Positions 10,204 through 20,991 of a stretch of DNA of 64,000 bases are shown here, piece by piece. The translations under genes and the position numbers were made by a program. Below the pieces are notes generated by a model. That model was not told the origin of the DNA. It did no database searches and saw only the letters and a list, made by a program, of their open reading frames with translations. The stretch comes from Bacteroidota bacterium (GTDB lineage Bacteria > Bacteroidota > Bacteroidia > B-17B0 > Aurantibacillaceae), in assembly GCA_013298715.1 (NCBI GenBank), contig JAAFIQ010000006.1, forward strand, positions 96,080 to 160,079. The letters are read 5' to 3'. Position 1 is the stretch's first letter. Every line of letters starts with the position of its first letter.

Positions 10204-11304
10204 ATGGCTTTAAAATGTGGAATTGTGGGCTTGCCCAACGTAGGAAAATCAACCTTATTCAATTGTTTAAGTAATGCTAAGGCGCAAGCAGCCAATTTTC
10301 CTTTTTGTACAATCGACCCAAATGTGGGTACTATTACTGTACCTGATGAACGATTAAATAAACTAGCAGAGTTAGTAAAACCTCAAAATATTGTTCCAAC
10401 AACTGTTGAAATTGTTGATATTGCTGGACTTGTAAAAGGAGCTAGTAAAGGTGAAGGCTTGGGGAATAAATTTTTAGGAAACATACGTGAGTGTAATGCA
10501 ATTTTACATGTGTTGCGCTGTTTTGATAACGATAATGTTATTCATGTTGATGGTAAAGTTAATCCAGTTGCTGACAAAGAAATTATTGATGCAGAGCTTC
10601 AATTAAAGGATTTAGAAAGCGTTGAGCAAAAATTAAAAAAGTTTGAAAAGGCTGCAAAAACAGGTAATGACAAAGAAGCTGTAAAAACATTTGCTGTTTT
10701 AAGCAAAGTTAAAGCTGTGTTAGAGAGCGGTCAATCTGCTCGTGCAGCTGGCCTCGAAGAAACCGAATTAGAGTATATTGCCGATATTCACTTACTAACC
10801 ATTAAACCAGTGCTATATGTTTGTAATGTGGACGAGGCAAGTGCAAAAACAGGTAATAAACACGTTGAAGCGGTAAAAGAAGCTATTAAAAATGAAAATG
10901 CTGAGTTGTTAATTATAACTGCACAAATGGAAAGTGAAATTGCAGCTTTAGAAACGTTTGAGGAGAAACAAATGTTTTTACAAGAAATGGGATTAGATGA
11001 GCCAGGTGTAAATAAATTAATAAAATCCGCATACAAATTATTAAATCTGCAAACATATTTTACCGCTGGAGAAAAAGAAGTTCGCGCTTGGACTATTGAA
11101 AAAGGCTTTAAGGCACCTCAAGCCGCTGGCGTTATACATACCGATTTTGAAAAAGGATTTATAAAGGCAGAAGTAATGAGTTTTAATGATTTTACAACCC
11201 TTGGCTCTGAAGCTGCGTGCCGTGATGCAGGTAAATTAAAAATAGAAGGGAAAGAATATTTAGTAAACGATGGAGACGTTATGCACTTTAGATTTAACGT
11301 GTAA
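10204..11304 (+). CDS. ychF: redox-regulated ribosome-binding ATPase YchF
   Basis: MALKCGIVGLPNVGKSTLFN P-loop, a TGS-like C-terminus (DGDVMHFRFNV), 366 aa. Confidence 0.95.
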   Translation: MALKCGIVGLPNVGKSTLFNCLSNAKAQAANFPFCTIDPNVGTITVPDERLNKLAELVKPQNIVPTTVEIVDIAGLVKGASKGEGLGNKFLGNIRECNAILHVLRCFDNDNVIHVDGKVNPVADKEIIDAELQLKDLESVEQKLKKFEKAAKTGNDKEAVKTFAVLSKVKAVLESGQSARAAGLEETELEYIADIHLLTIKPVLYVCNVDEASAKTGNKHVEAVKEAIKNENAELLIITAQMESEIAALETFEEKQMFLQEMGLDEPGVNKLIKSAYKLLNLQTYFTAGEKEVRAWTIEKGFKAPQAAGVIHTDFEKGFIKAEVMSFNDFTTLGSEAACRDAGKLKIEGKEYLVNDGDVMHFRFNV

Positions 11305-11321
11305 TTAGTAATACTTTGTAA

Positions 11322-12515
11322 GTGAAAAAACAAGAATATATTTTATTTATTAAGCAACTAAAAGAAGCCATTTTAGGAAGTAGATACATTGCTGCTAAAC
11401 TTGTAAATAAAGAACAGTTAATATTGTACTACCAAATTGGAAAACTTTTGTCAGAAAAAATTGAAAGTGAAGGATGGGGTGCAAAAGTACTTGATACAAT
11501 TTCAAATGATTTGCAAACTTCTTTGCCTGGTTTAAGGGGTTTTTCAAGGAGTAATTTGGCCAACATGAAGCAGTTTTACTCTTATTATTCTTCTTTTGAA
11601 ATTATCCAGTTACCGACTGGACAAATTAACAAAACTAAGCAAAAAAGTGTAATTATCCAGTCGCCGACTGGACAATTTGTTTCAGATACAGCAAGGGTTT
11701 CAAAGGATGTTACATCCAAAAAAACAGTAGTTTTTCCTAATGGTTTTTTTGAAGATTTTTTATCAGTATCGTTCACTCATCACACAACAATACTTCAAAA
11801 AACGAATTCAATAGAAGAGAAAATATTTTACATCCAAAGTGCTGTAAAAAATCAATGGACGGTAACTATTTTAGAATATCAAATAGAAAGTAACTACTTT
11901 AAAAAACAAACTAAGTTATCCAATAACTTTAAAAAAACCTTACCAAAAAATTATCACCAAAAGGCAATGTTATCTTTTAAAGATTCTTATTTACTCGATT
12001 ACATTAACATAAAAGATCCAGAAAATCCAGATGAACGAGAAATTGAAGATGGTATCATAAAAAACTTACGTCAGTTTATTTTATCACTTGGGAAAGAGTT
12101 TGCCTTTATGGGAAATCAATTCAGGCTTGTACATGCTGATAAAGAACGATTTGTGGATTTACTTTTTTTTCATCGTGGGTTGCGTTGCTTAATTGCAATT
12201 GATATCAAGCGTGGTGAATTTGAACCAGAGTATGCAGGAAAAATGAATTATTATTTAGGTTTGCTAAATAAATATGTAAAATTAAAAGACGAAAATCCTT
12301 CAATTGGAATTGTACTTTGTAAAGAAAAAAACGATAGCACTGTAGAGTTCTCAATTGCGGATATGGATAAACCAATTGGTGTATCAAAATACAAATTGAT
12401 GCATGATGTCCCTAAAAAATTAAAAAAGTATCTACCAAGCGCAGATGATCTTATCACTGTAATGCAAGAACCAGAAACAATTTATCAAAGATTAACAAGT
12501 AACCACGAACAATAA
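11322..12515 (+). CDS. YhcG/DUF1016 family PDDEXK nuclease-domain protein
   Basis: GTG start. N-terminal DUF1016-like region ([40 protein letters not shown]). C-terminal nuclease core ([24 protein letters not shown]). Confidence 0.8.
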   Translation: MKKQEYILFIKQLKEAILGSRYIAAKLVNKEQLILYYQIGKLLSEKIESEGWGAKVLDTISNDLQTSLPGLRGFSRSNLANMKQFYSYYSSFEIIQLPTGQINKTKQKSVIIQSPTGQFVSDTARVSKDVTSKKTVVFPNGFFEDFLSVSFTHHTTILQKTNSIEEKIFYIQSAVKNQWTVTILEYQIESNYFKKQTKLSNNFKKTLPKNYHQKAMLSFKDSYLLDYINIKDPENPDEREIEDGIIKNLRQFILSLGKEFAFMGNQFRLVHADKERFVDLLFFHRGLRCLIAIDIKRGEFEPEYAGKMNYYLGLLNKYVKLKDENPSIGIVLCKEKNDSTVEFSIADMDKPIGVSKYKLMHDVPKKLKKYLPSADDLITVMQEPETIYQRLTSNHEQ

Positions 12516-12525
12516 ATTTAAAAAA

Positions 12526-14385
12526 ATGGCAAAATCAAATTATACCGAAGATAATATACGATCACTTGATTGGCAAGAACATATAAGAACCCGCCCTGGT
12601 ATGTACATTGGTAAATTAGGCGATGGTAGTGCTTTTGATGATGGAATTTACGTACTTTTAAAAGAGGTAATGGATAACTCAATTGACGAGTTTATGATGG
12701 GTGAAGGAAACAGAATTGACATAGTTGTTAAAGATGGTTCAGTCTCTATTCGCGATTTTGGACGAGGCATACCTTTAGGTAAAGTAGTGGATGTTGTTTC
12801 TAAAATGAATACAGGTGGTAAATATGATAGCGAGGCTTTTAAAAAATCTATAGGATTAAACGGTGTTGGTACAAAAGCTGTAAATGCACTATCAATAAAT
12901 TTTAAAGTTACCTCTTACCGAGATGGGCAAGCAAAATCTGCCGAATTTAGTAAAGGCGTTTTAACTAAAGAACACAAACTTACCGCTGCTCCTAACGAAA
13001 GAAATGGAACATTAGTTGAGTTTGTACCTGATGATACCATCTTTAAAAAATACCATTATGTACATGAGTACATAGATAAAATGGTTTGGAACTATGCCTT
13101 CTTAAACACTGGATTAACGCTTACCCTTAATGGACAGCAATACACTTCTAAAAATGGTTTGCGCGATTTACTAGAAAAAAATATTTCTGGCGAAACCTTA
13201 TACCCTATTATACATTTAAAAGGCGAAGATATTGAACTTGCAATTACACATAGTAACGAACATTTTAGCGAAGAATATTATAGTTATGTTAATGGTCAAT
13301 ACACAACACAAGGAGGGACACATTTAGGCGCCTTTAGAGAAGCCGTTGTAAAAACGGTTCGCGAATTTTTCAAAAAAGATTTTGAACCACTCGATGTAAG
13401 AAAATCAATTATTGCAGCAGTATCGGTAAAGGTACAAGAGCCGGTTTTTGAAAGTCAAACAAAAACAAAATTAGGCTCGCATGAGGTAGCGCCTGGTGGG
13501 CAAAGCATACGTACATTTATCGGCGATTTTATAAAAGAACAATTAGATAATTACCTTCATAAAAATACGGATGTAGCAAAAGCAATAGAAGCAAAAATAT
13601 TGGCCAATGAAAGAGAAAGAAAAGAACTATCAGGAATTCAAAAATTGGCAAGAGAGCGAGCTAAAAAATCGTCTTTACACAACAAAAAATTACGCGATTG
13701 CCGCACACATTTAGATGATTTAAAAGATCAACGACGTTTAGAAACAACCTTGTTTATTTGTGAGGGAGATAGTGCTAGTGGTTCTATTACTAAAACACGA
13801 GATGTGAATACACAAGCTGTATTTAGCTTAAAAGGTAAACCGTTAAATTGTTTTGGCTTAGGTAAAAAGGTAGTATACGAAAATGAAGAGTTTAATTTAC
13901 TTCAAGCCGCTTTAAATATAGAAGATGGGCTAGATGATTTAAGATACAATAATGTAGTAATAGCTACAGATGCCGATGTTGATGGTATGCACATTCGCTT
14001 ATTATTATTGACATTCTTTTTGCAGTTTTTCCCTGATTTGGTAAAAAATAATCATGTAAAAATTTTACAAACACCTTTATTTAGGGTACGTAATAGAAAG
14101 GAGACAGCCTATTGTTATAGTGATGAAGAAAGAAAAGCAGCAATTGCAAAACTTGGCCCTAAGCCTGAAATTACCCGATTTAAAGGCTTGGGAGAAATTA
14201 GTCCAGATGAATTTAAACACTTTATTGGGAAAGATATTCGACTTGAACCAGTTTTGATGGATCAAAAAGCAAGTATTCAAGAACTATTAAATTACTATAT
14301 GGGCAAAAACACACAAGAGCGCCAAGAGTTTATTATAGAAAATTTAAGAGTGGAAAAGGATGTTGAAGAGGCATTGGTTAAATAA
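12526..14385 (+). CDS. parE: DNA topoisomerase IV subunit B
   Basis: GHKL ATPase and TOPRIM motifs ([52 protein letters not shown]). The ~620 aa length and N-terminus fit ParE rather than GyrB. Confidence 0.85.
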   Translation: MAKSNYTEDNIRSLDWQEHIRTRPGMYIGKLGDGSAFDDGIYVLLKEVMDNSIDEFMMGEGNRIDIVVKDGSVSIRDFGRGIPLGKVVDVVSKMNTGGKYDSEAFKKSIGLNGVGTKAVNALSINFKVTSYRDGQAKSAEFSKGVLTKEHKLTAAPNERNGTLVEFVPDDTIFKKYHYVHEYIDKMVWNYAFLNTGLTLTLNGQQYTSKNGLRDLLEKNISGETLYPIIHLKGEDIELAITHSNEHFSEEYYSYVNGQYTTQGGTHLGAFREAVVKTVREFFKKDFEPLDVRKSIIAAVSVKVQEPVFESQTKTKLGSHEVAPGGQSIRTFIGDFIKEQLDNYLHKNTDVAKAIEAKILANERERKELSGIQKLARERAKKSSLHNKKLRDCRTHLDDLKDQRRLETTLFICEGDSASGSITKTRDVNTQAVFSLKGKPLNCFGLGKKVVYENEEFNLLQAALNIEDGLDDLRYNNVVIATDADVDGMHIRLLLLTFFLQFFPDLVKNNHVKILQTPLFRVRNRKETAYCYSDEERKAAIAKLGPKPEITRFKGLGEISPDEFKHFIGKDIRLEPVLMDQKASIQELLNYYMGKNTQERQEFIIENLRVEKDVEEALVK

Positions 14386-14482
14386 TTTGCAAAAAACCGT
14401 TAAAAAAGATGGATTTTTAAACCAAAGCTGTTAAAGCACGTTAATTTGAATAAAACTATTATCTTTGGCACGAAAGATGAAA

Positions 14483-14490
14483 TATCTTTG
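14483..14490 (+). promoter_or_regulatory. Bacteroidota -7 promoter box (TATCTTTG)
   Basis: TAnnTTTG match 22 nt upstream of ATG 14513. A second identical octamer lies at 14460-14467. Confidence 0.4.
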
Positions 14491-14512
14491 AAACAGTTAA
14501 AAACAAATTAAA

Positions 14513-15088
14513 ATGAAAACAAAAAATTTATTATTACTTCCTGCTATTGCAGCGTTAAGTTTAGTAGCGTGTAAGTCTAAAAAAACTCCTATTCAAAAAG
14601 AAACTGGAGCTGTTGAAATTACAGTACCTTTTAGCGAAAGCAAATACCGTTCAGATAACGAAGCATTTAGAGCAAAACAAGTTGGTAAATCTCCAGATTT
14701 GGCAACAGCTAAAAAAATTGCGTTTCAAAATGCGAGAGCAGAAATGGCTGCAAATATTAACGCTATGGTTAAACGTGTTACAGACCAATATACAAACCAA
14801 CGTACTGTTGGCAACACGCAAGAGTTTGAAAATAAATTTGAAGAATTAGCACGTGAGGTTGTTAGTTTAGAAATGAGTAACGTTAAAGAAATTGGAGAGA
14901 AAATTTTTAAAGAACCTAACGGTGCATTTAGCTACTGGATTGCTATAGAAGCTGGTAAAAAAGATGTGTTTGAAAAATTAGACGCGAAAGTATCAAGCAA
15001 CGCAGCAATAAAATTAGATTACGACAAACAAAAATTTCAACAAATTTTTGATGCCGAAATGAAAAAATTAGCTGAAGAGGGTAAATAA
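14513..15088 (+). CDS. LPP20-like lipoprotein
   Basis: Lipobox LVAC. The central region (AKKIAFQNARAEMAANINAMV) resembles the LPP20 lipoprotein fold family. Confidence 0.55.
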   Translation: MKTKNLLLLPAIAALSLVACKSKKTPIQKETGAVEITVPFSESKYRSDNEAFRAKQVGKSPDLATAKKIAFQNARAEMAANINAMVKRVTDQYTNQRTVGNTQEFENKFEELAREVVSLEMSNVKEIGEKIFKEPNGAFSYWIAIEAGKKDVFEKLDAKVSSNAAIKLDYDKQKFQQIFDAEMKKLAEEGK

Positions 15089-15108
15089 TAATTCAAGAAA
15101 ATCAAATT

Positions 15109-15139
15109 GAGCATCTCCTAAAAAAGATGCTCTTTTTTT
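15109..15139 (+). terminator. intrinsic terminator hairpin
   Basis: GAGCATCT-8 nt loop-AGATGCTC followed by TTTTTTT, directly after the stop of the 191-aa lipoprotein gene. Confidence 0.6.
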
Positions 15140-15147
15140 AACCATGC

Positions 15148-16500
15148 ATGAGGTTACTTCAATTAATAGTCATAATTTTATTACTTTCTGCTTGCTCTGG
15201 CTCTAAAAAGTATTTTAAAGCTGCGGAAAAGCTCGAAAAACAAGGCTTGGTAAACGAAGCCGCTGAATATTATTTGGTGTCACTTCAACGAAAATCTACA
15301 AACGTAAATGCACGTATCAAATTAAAGGAAGTAGGGCAAAAATACGCCTCTAACCTAGCATCAGAATTTTTTAGAAATTACAATACGCAGCAAATAGAAT
15401 CATCGCTTGAATCTTTTGAACGATTGAAAGAATTTACAGATAAAACAGCTTTATTAGACGTTAAGTTAGATTATCCTAAAGGGTACGATGATGATTATAA
15501 AAATGTAGTAAATACTTACTGCGAAAAAAATTACAACCAAGCTTACACCCTTGTAAATCAAAGAAAATTTAGCAATGCCAAAGAATATATTGGCAATGTG
15601 AAAAAGTACAATTCAACATTTAAAACTATTCAGCAGTTGGATGTTGTGGCAACCTGCGAGCCCTTGTATCAATCTGCTATTGTTTCTATTGAATCAAAAA
15701 ATTACGCAAGTGCATTTACAACTTTGCAAACATTAAATAATAAAAGTCAAAATTATAAAGACGCGAATGATTTATTACAATTAGCAAAAGATCAACAAAC
15801 GAAAAGTTTAATGCTGTTTGAACCAAAAAATACAGTATCGAAAAGTGAAAAAGCTATTGAAGATTATTTATTTAATAATTTTAATCAAGTAGCGCAACAA
15901 AAATTCACTAACCATAAAGTAATCAATAATCCTTTATTTACTCAATTGCCCGATGCTTCCGACATTTATTCAAGCGGAAATTTAGATTTAATTCAGGCAA
16001 TTAGAAAAGCAACTGGAGCTGATTATTTTTATGTTTTTGACGTTTCCAATAGTAAAGAAAATAATCCTTCACCCGAAAAAAAACAATTGGTTGGCTATCA
16101 AGAAGTGAAAACGCGCGTGAACGATACCTTAACCAAGACAGAATACAAAGATTTTTTATACAATTCAGTAAAGGCTTCAAAATTATTTTCGTTTGAGTTT
16201 AAATATAAATTAATTAATGCGTATACCAACCAAATTGTTACTTCACAAAATCAAAACATTGTTGCTCAAGATATGGTTGAGTATAACGAGTTGCAAAAAC
16301 AACTGTTGGGTAATGGTAATATTAACTCCTGCTTTCCATATAATCCTCAACAAACAGCTCCCGCAGCACAATTTAATCCACGCAATTGGCGGGGTGGCTT
16401 TACAGCAAACAAAAATTTAAAGGCGATTACTGATTTACAATCAGAAGCTTATAACAAAGCAATTAATTCGTTTTCAAGTGTTCAATCTTATTTAAAATAG
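15148..16500 (+). CDS. hypothetical lipoprotein (helical/TPR-like N-terminal half)
   Basis: Lipobox LLSAC, 450 aa. I recognise no catalytic motif. Confidence 0.55.
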   Translation: MRLLQLIVIILLLSACSGSKKYFKAAEKLEKQGLVNEAAEYYLVSLQRKSTNVNARIKLKEVGQKYASNLASEFFRNYNTQQIESSLESFERLKEFTDKTALLDVKLDYPKGYDDDYKNVVNTYCEKNYNQAYTLVNQRKFSNAKEYIGNVKKYNSTFKTIQQLDVVATCEPLYQSAIVSIESKNYASAFTTLQTLNNKSQNYKDANDLLQLAKDQQTKSLMLFEPKNTVSKSEKAIEDYLFNNFNQVAQQKFTNHKVINNPLFTQLPDASDIYSSGNLDLIQAIRKATGADYFYVFDVSNSKENNPSPEKKQLVGYQEVKTRVNDTLTKTEYKDFLYNSVKASKLFSFEFKYKLINAYTNQIVTSQNQNIVAQDMVEYNELQKQLLGNGNINSCFPYNPQQTAPAAQFNPRNWRGGFTANKNLKAITDLQSEAYNKAINSFSSVQSYLK

Positions 16501-17915
16501 TGGTAAAATATTTTTATATTATAATTTTAATTGCTTTGGTTGCTTGTAAAAGTAAAAAAGAAACTATGGCGCCAGCCGTTAGCGTAGCCGAAAGTAAACC
16601 CGCGCCAATATGGGTAAGTAGCCGACCAAATAATGGTTTTAAATACGTAGGAATTGGTTTTTGCGATAAAGCTAAAACTTCTAACTTTCAAATGGAAGCT
16701 AAAAAAAATGCACTTTACGATTTAGCTTCAGAAATTAAAGTTGACATCAATTCAAATTCAGTATTATACACTGTTCAAAACAATAATAATTTTAACGAGA
16801 GTTTTAACTCCATGATAAAATTAAGCAATAGTGATAATATAGAGGGTTATCAATTAATTGATAGTTATGAAAATGATAAACAATATTGGGTTTATTACTC
16901 ATTGGATAAAGATGAATACGCCAAACGCAAAGCAGAAAAAAAACAGCTAATAATTAATAAAGCAAGCAATTTAATAACCTCAAGCTTTTCTGATGAGTTT
17001 AATAACAATTTTACTTCAGCGTTAAAAAAACGCATTCAGGCGTTTGGGGTGCTTACTCCTTACCTCAGTGAAGAAATTAATTTTGATCCATCGCACACAA
17101 ATGGTTTAAGAACAATTTTTGATTTAACAAGCTTGGTTCAGCAACAACTACAATCAATTACAGTAATTCAACCTCAAGTAATACCTACTTTACTTCCTTA
17201 TCAAAAAAGTTATTTACCCTTAACTTATTCCTTACAAATTAAAGGAAAAACAGCACTACAAAATTTTCCATTTGTGATTGAAAGTACTGAAGATAAAATT
17301 AAATTGGTAGAAAATTCCGCTTCAAATACAACAGGTGAATTACAAATTAAACCAACAATTATTGAGCCATTAGATCAAATGGTAACTTTTAATTTGAATC
17401 CTGATGTAAATAGTTTAATGAGTAATGACTCTATTGGAAAAGCGAGTTTGCAAATTTTGAAACAGTTTGTAAGTACATCATCTTTAAAAGTTAATGCCAT
17501 TGTTCGACCAATAAAAATTTACTTAACTTCTATCGAAAATAATTTTGGCAAACAAAGCGGACTTACCATTTTAAATACACTGATAGAACAAAAATTTAAT
17601 GGCGGTGATATTAGAATTGTAACAAAACAAGAAGAAAGTGATTTTATAGTTGAATGTTTGGCTGATACTAAAGAAGATGTAAGCAGTGAGGTATTAGAAA
17701 AAAATTATCAAACTAAATTAGCGAATTTAATAATCAACCTCCAATTAAAATCAACCAAAGACCTTTCTGTCCTTTATAAAAATCAAGTTGCCGATGTTTA
17801 TGGTTATGCTAATAGTATTGAAAAGGCAGGGCTTAACGCGTACGAAAGTCCTAAATTAAAATCTAAATTAGATGAAGCTCTTTTCTTTTTAAAAAGAAAA
17901 ATATTAGTGTACTAA
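16500..17915 (+). CDS. LPP20 family lipoprotein
   Basis: The GTG start overlaps the upstream TAG by 1 nt. Lipobox LVAC. LPP20-like segment WVSSRPNNGFKYVGIGF...EAKKNALYDLASEIKV. Confidence 0.55.
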   Translation: MVKYFYIIILIALVACKSKKETMAPAVSVAESKPAPIWVSSRPNNGFKYVGIGFCDKAKTSNFQMEAKKNALYDLASEIKVDINSNSVLYTVQNNNNFNESFNSMIKLSNSDNIEGYQLIDSYENDKQYWVYYSLDKDEYAKRKAEKKQLIINKASNLITSSFSDEFNNNFTSALKKRIQAFGVLTPYLSEEINFDPSHTNGLRTIFDLTSLVQQQLQSITVIQPQVIPTLLPYQKSYLPLTYSLQIKGKTALQNFPFVIESTEDKIKLVENSASNTTGELQIKPTIIEPLDQMVTFNLNPDVNSLMSNDSIGKASLQILKQFVSTSSLKVNAIVRPIKIYLTSIENNFGKQSGLTILNTLIEQKFNGGDIRIVTKQEESDFIVECLADTKEDVSSEVLEKNYQTKLANLIINLQLKSTKDLSVLYKNQVADVYGYANSIEKAGLNAYESPKLKSKLDEALFFLKRKILVY

Positions 17916-17931
17916 TTTGATTTTATAAATT

Positions 17932-18522
17932 TTGCAAAGAAATCAAAATATTACAGAGCTTGAATTGTATATAAAATCTTATTTTGAAATCGCGTCAAGT
18001 AAAGATTTACACAGTATAACATCTTTATTCAAATTAGCAACAATAAAAAAAGGAGAATTTTTACTAAAGCCTGGTAAGCATTGCCAAAGCTTAAGTTTTG
18101 TTCAATCAGGCCTTTTAAGAATGTTTGTAACAACAAACGATAAAGAAGTAACACAATGGATTTCTAAGCAAGGATATTTTGCCACCGACTTATCAAGTTT
18201 TATTTTTGAAACACCATCTCGTTGGACAATTCAAGCTTTAGTTGATACAGAAGTTTACACCATAACAAAAAACGATTATAAAAAATTAGGAGACATAGTT
18301 CCTAAATGGGCTGAAATTGAAAAGTTATTTCTTGTTAGATGTTTTACATTATTAGAAGATAGAATTTTTAGCCATTTATCAATGACAGCTGAAGAAAGAT
18401 ATAATTTCTTTTTCGAAAACCATAAAGAACTTTTTAATCAAGTTCCGCTACAATATATAGCTTCGATGCTTGGTATGACTGCTGAAACCTTTAGCAGAAT
18501 AAGAAAAAAACAATTGATGTAA
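17932..18522 (+). CDS. Crp/Fnr family transcriptional regulator
   Basis: Cyclic-nucleotide-binding-like N-terminal domain and C-terminal HTH (IASMLGMTAETFSRIRKK), 196 aa. Confidence 0.85.
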   Translation: MQRNQNITELELYIKSYFEIASSKDLHSITSLFKLATIKKGEFLLKPGKHCQSLSFVQSGLLRMFVTTNDKEVTQWISKQGYFATDLSSFIFETPSRWTIQALVDTEVYTITKNDYKKLGDIVPKWAEIEKLFLVRCFTLLEDRIFSHLSMTAEERYNFFFENHKELFNQVPLQYIASMLGMTAETFSRIRKKQLM

Positions 18523-18526
18523 TTTC

Positions 18527-18540
18527 TTGATTTTTATCAA
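18527..18540. promoter_or_regulatory. perfect Crp/Fnr-type box TTGAT-N4-ATCAA
   Basis: TTGATTTTTATCAA lies 5 nt after the regulator's stop codon. Its centre is 29.5 nt upstream of the first base of the -7 box at 18563. Confidence 0.55.
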
Positions 18541-18562
18541 GTGCTCTATAATTTTACTGCTT

Positions 18563-18570
18563 TACCTTTG
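18563..18570 (+). promoter_or_regulatory. Bacteroidota -7 promoter box (TACCTTTG)
   Basis: TAnnTTTG match 22 nt upstream of ATG 18593. Confidence 0.45.
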
Positions 18571-18592
18571 AGTCATATTAAAAACAATTAGT

Positions 18593-19081
18593 ATGAAATT
18601 TTTAAACTCAATTATTTTACTAATACTATTAAACACAGCAGCCATGGCAAAAGAAATTAAAACAGAAATTGTAATTAACCAAACACCTGAAAAAGTTTGG
18701 GCAATTTTTACAAACTTCGAAAATTATTCAAACTGGAACCCCTTTATAAAATCTATAAAAGGCGAAGTAAAAGTTGGTAATAAAATAACAGCAAGAATTG
18801 AACCGCCGGAAGCTAAAGGAATGACCTTTAATCCTAAAATACTTACGTTTACTACAAACAAAGAACTAAGCTGGCTTGGACATCTGCTTTTTAAAGGACT
18901 TTTTGATGGAGAGCACAAGTTTGAATTGAGGGACAATGGCGATGGTACCACTACATTTATTCAAAGCGAAAAATTTAAAGGGATATTAGTTCCTTTATTT
19001 AAAAAAATGTTGGATAATAATACAAAAAAGGGATTTGAACAAATGAATGAAAAATTGAAAGAGCTATCAGAACAACAGTGA
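18593..19081 (+). CDS. SRPBCC (START/polyketide-cyclase-like) domain protein with signal peptide
   Basis: Size, plus PEKVWAIFTNFENYSNWNPFI, typical of SRPBCC family members. Confidence 0.75.
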   Translation: MKFLNSIILLILLNTAAMAKEIKTEIVINQTPEKVWAIFTNFENYSNWNPFIKSIKGEVKVGNKITARIEPPEAKGMTFNPKILTFTTNKELSWLGHLLFKGLFDGEHKFELRDNGDGTTTFIQSEKFKGILVPLFKKMLDNNTKKGFEQMNEKLKELSEQQ

Positions 19082-19347
19082 GTATTAACGAAAAGTTACT
19101 TCGCTTTTAATGCAAGATTATAATTTACTTGTTCTACTTTAATTGAGTTGTTAACGCGGGAATCGTTCGAGTACAAACGGTTTAAGTACCCTAATAAAAT
19201 GCAAATTGTAACAAAAGCAACCAGTTTTTTTAAAAGTAGAAATCTGCTCATATTCCTTAATGTTTAACTTTAATAATACAACGAAACTTTTTGTAAAATA
19301 GTTGGGTAAAAGCTATGAAAGTTTTCAAATAACTGATTTTCAATTAT

Positions 19348-20865
19348 TTAAATTTCAGCATTTTTTTTAGATGACACAATAAACAAACCAAGAAATGTAA
19401 TTATTCCATTAATCAAAATTAATTCTGTGCCTATTTTATAACCATTAAAAATACCAGTAGAAAGTTCGTTTAATCCTAAACTCACGTGCAATTTTTTCTC
19501 ATACCATTCAGGGCTACATAAAACATCAATCCCCAAAACCAACATAGGAGCTATTATACAAACGGGCCAAATGTATTTTTGAATAAGTGTGCGCTTCGTT
19601 AAAATTCCAAAAGAAAACAATCCCAGCAAAGGGCCATAAGTAATACTTGCAAATTTTAAAATAAAATCAATAATTAATTTATCGTTAACCGCCTTAAAAA
19701 TTAGTACCATAATAAAAAAAACTACGGCAAATATTACGTGAACTTTTAATCGAATTTTGCGTTTGGCAGCTTCAAGAATTGGCCGTTCCTTTAGATTTAT
19801 AATATCTATACAAAAAGAAGAAGTGATTGAAGTTATTGCTCCATCCACACTTGGAAAAAGAGCTGAAATTAAAGCAATGATAAAAATTATTCCTATAATA
19901 CCGCTAAACTCATTGCTTAAAGCAATTGTTGGGAATAAATCATCAGGACTCAACATTAAATTTTTTGAAGATGCATATAGAGTAAGTACACCACCTAAAA
20001 ACAAAAACAAAAAATTAACCAGTACCAACACCAACGAAAAGCTCATCATGTTTTTTTGAGAGTCTTTAATGTTTTTTACACTGATGTTTTTTTGCATCAT
20101 CTCTTGGTCAAGCCCAGTCATAGCAATGGCTATAAAAGCACCGCCTAATATTTGCTTTAAGCAAAAACTCCCCGATTTAAAATCTGTATTAAAAATTTGT
20201 GTATAACCTTTGGCAGAAAGCGCCGAAAAAGCCTCGCTAAAATTTAAGTTTAATGCACCAAGTATAACAACAATACAGGCTACTAACCCAATTAACATGC
20301 CTGATGTTTGAAGCGTGTCAGTGTAGACAATTGTTTTTACACCACCCTCAATTGTATATAAAAGTATAAGTACTAAAATAACAATTGCCGTTACTTCAAA
20401 AGGAATTGGCGTTGATAATTTATCTAAAATAAATGTTTGCAATATATTTATAACTAAATACAACCTGGCAGTAGCGCCAACTAAACGCGATAAAATAAAA
20501 AACGTAGCCCCAGCTTTATGCGCATTTACACCAAAGCGTTTTTCTAAGTAGGTATAAATTGATGTTAAATTTAGCTTGTAATACAAAGGCAGCAACACAA
20601 AGGCTATCACTACATAACCCAACAAGTATCCCAATACAATTTGAAAATAAAAAAAATTACTTGCGCCAACTCCGCCAGGTACACTTACAAAAGTAACACC
20701 ACTAAGGCTTGTGCCAATCATTCCAAAAGCCACTAGTACCCAGTTACTGCTTTTATTTCCATTAAAAAAAGATTCGTTGGTTGAATTTTTTCCGGTATAC
20801 CAAGCAACGGCAAGCAACACCAAAAAATAAGCAATTACGAATACAAAAAGTAAAGTTGGCGACAT
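19348..20865 (-). CDS. sodium:solute symporter family transporter
   Basis: About 13 predicted TM segments. N-terminal region (FFNGNKSSNWVLVAFGMIGTSLSGVTFVSVPG) is typical of the SSF family. Confidence 0.85.
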   Translation of the reverse strand: MSPTLLFVFVIAYFLVLLAVAWYTGKNSTNESFFNGNKSSNWVLVAFGMIGTSLSGVTFVSVPGGVGASNFFYFQIVLGYLLGYVVIAFVLLPLYYKLNLTSIYTYLEKRFGVNAHKAGATFFILSRLVGATARLYLVINILQTFILDKLSTPIPFEVTAIVILVLILLYTIEGGVKTIVYTDTLQTSGMLIGLVACIVVILGALNLNFSEAFSALSAKGYTQIFNTDFKSGSFCLKQILGGAFIAIAMTGLDQEMMQKNISVKNIKDSQKNMMSFSLVLVLVNFLFLFLGGVLTLYASSKNLMLSPDDLFPTIALSNEFSGIIGIIFIIALISALFPSVDGAITSITSSFCIDIINLKERPILEAAKRKIRLKVHVIFAVVFFIMVLIFKAVNDKLIIDFILKFASITYGPLLGLFSFGILTKRTLIQKYIWPVCIIAPMLVLGIDVLCSPEWYEKKLHVSLGLNELSTGIFNGYKIGTELILINGIITFLGLFIVSSKKNAEI

Positions 20866-20991
20866 AGTTATTATTTATGCAAATATTTACTTATTCGGCT
20901 TAGTTTGGCGGAATAAATATTAAATTTCTAAACATTATAAAGGTGAATAACTTAGTAACACAAATACAACACAATTACTAAATTTATAACC

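Noticed and set aside
11590-11680. Imperfect 27-nt direct repeat inside the YhcG gene (ATTATCCAGTTACCGACTGGACAAATT / ATTATCCAGTCGCCGACTGGACAATTT).
   Set aside because: It is in frame and encodes IIQLPTGQ / IIQSPTGQ in the inter-domain linker. As far as I recall, such a duplicated Q.P.GQ-type linker segment is common in DUF1016 proteins, so I treat it as ordinary protein-level repetition and not a regulatory or mobile feature.
19096-19251. 51-aa minus-strand ORF (MSRFLLLKKLVAFVTICILLGYLNRLY...) between the SRPBCC and symporter genes.
   Set aside because: It is plausibly a small membrane peptide, but it falls below any evidence threshold I can apply by eye: no motif, and no RBS expectation in Bacteroidota.
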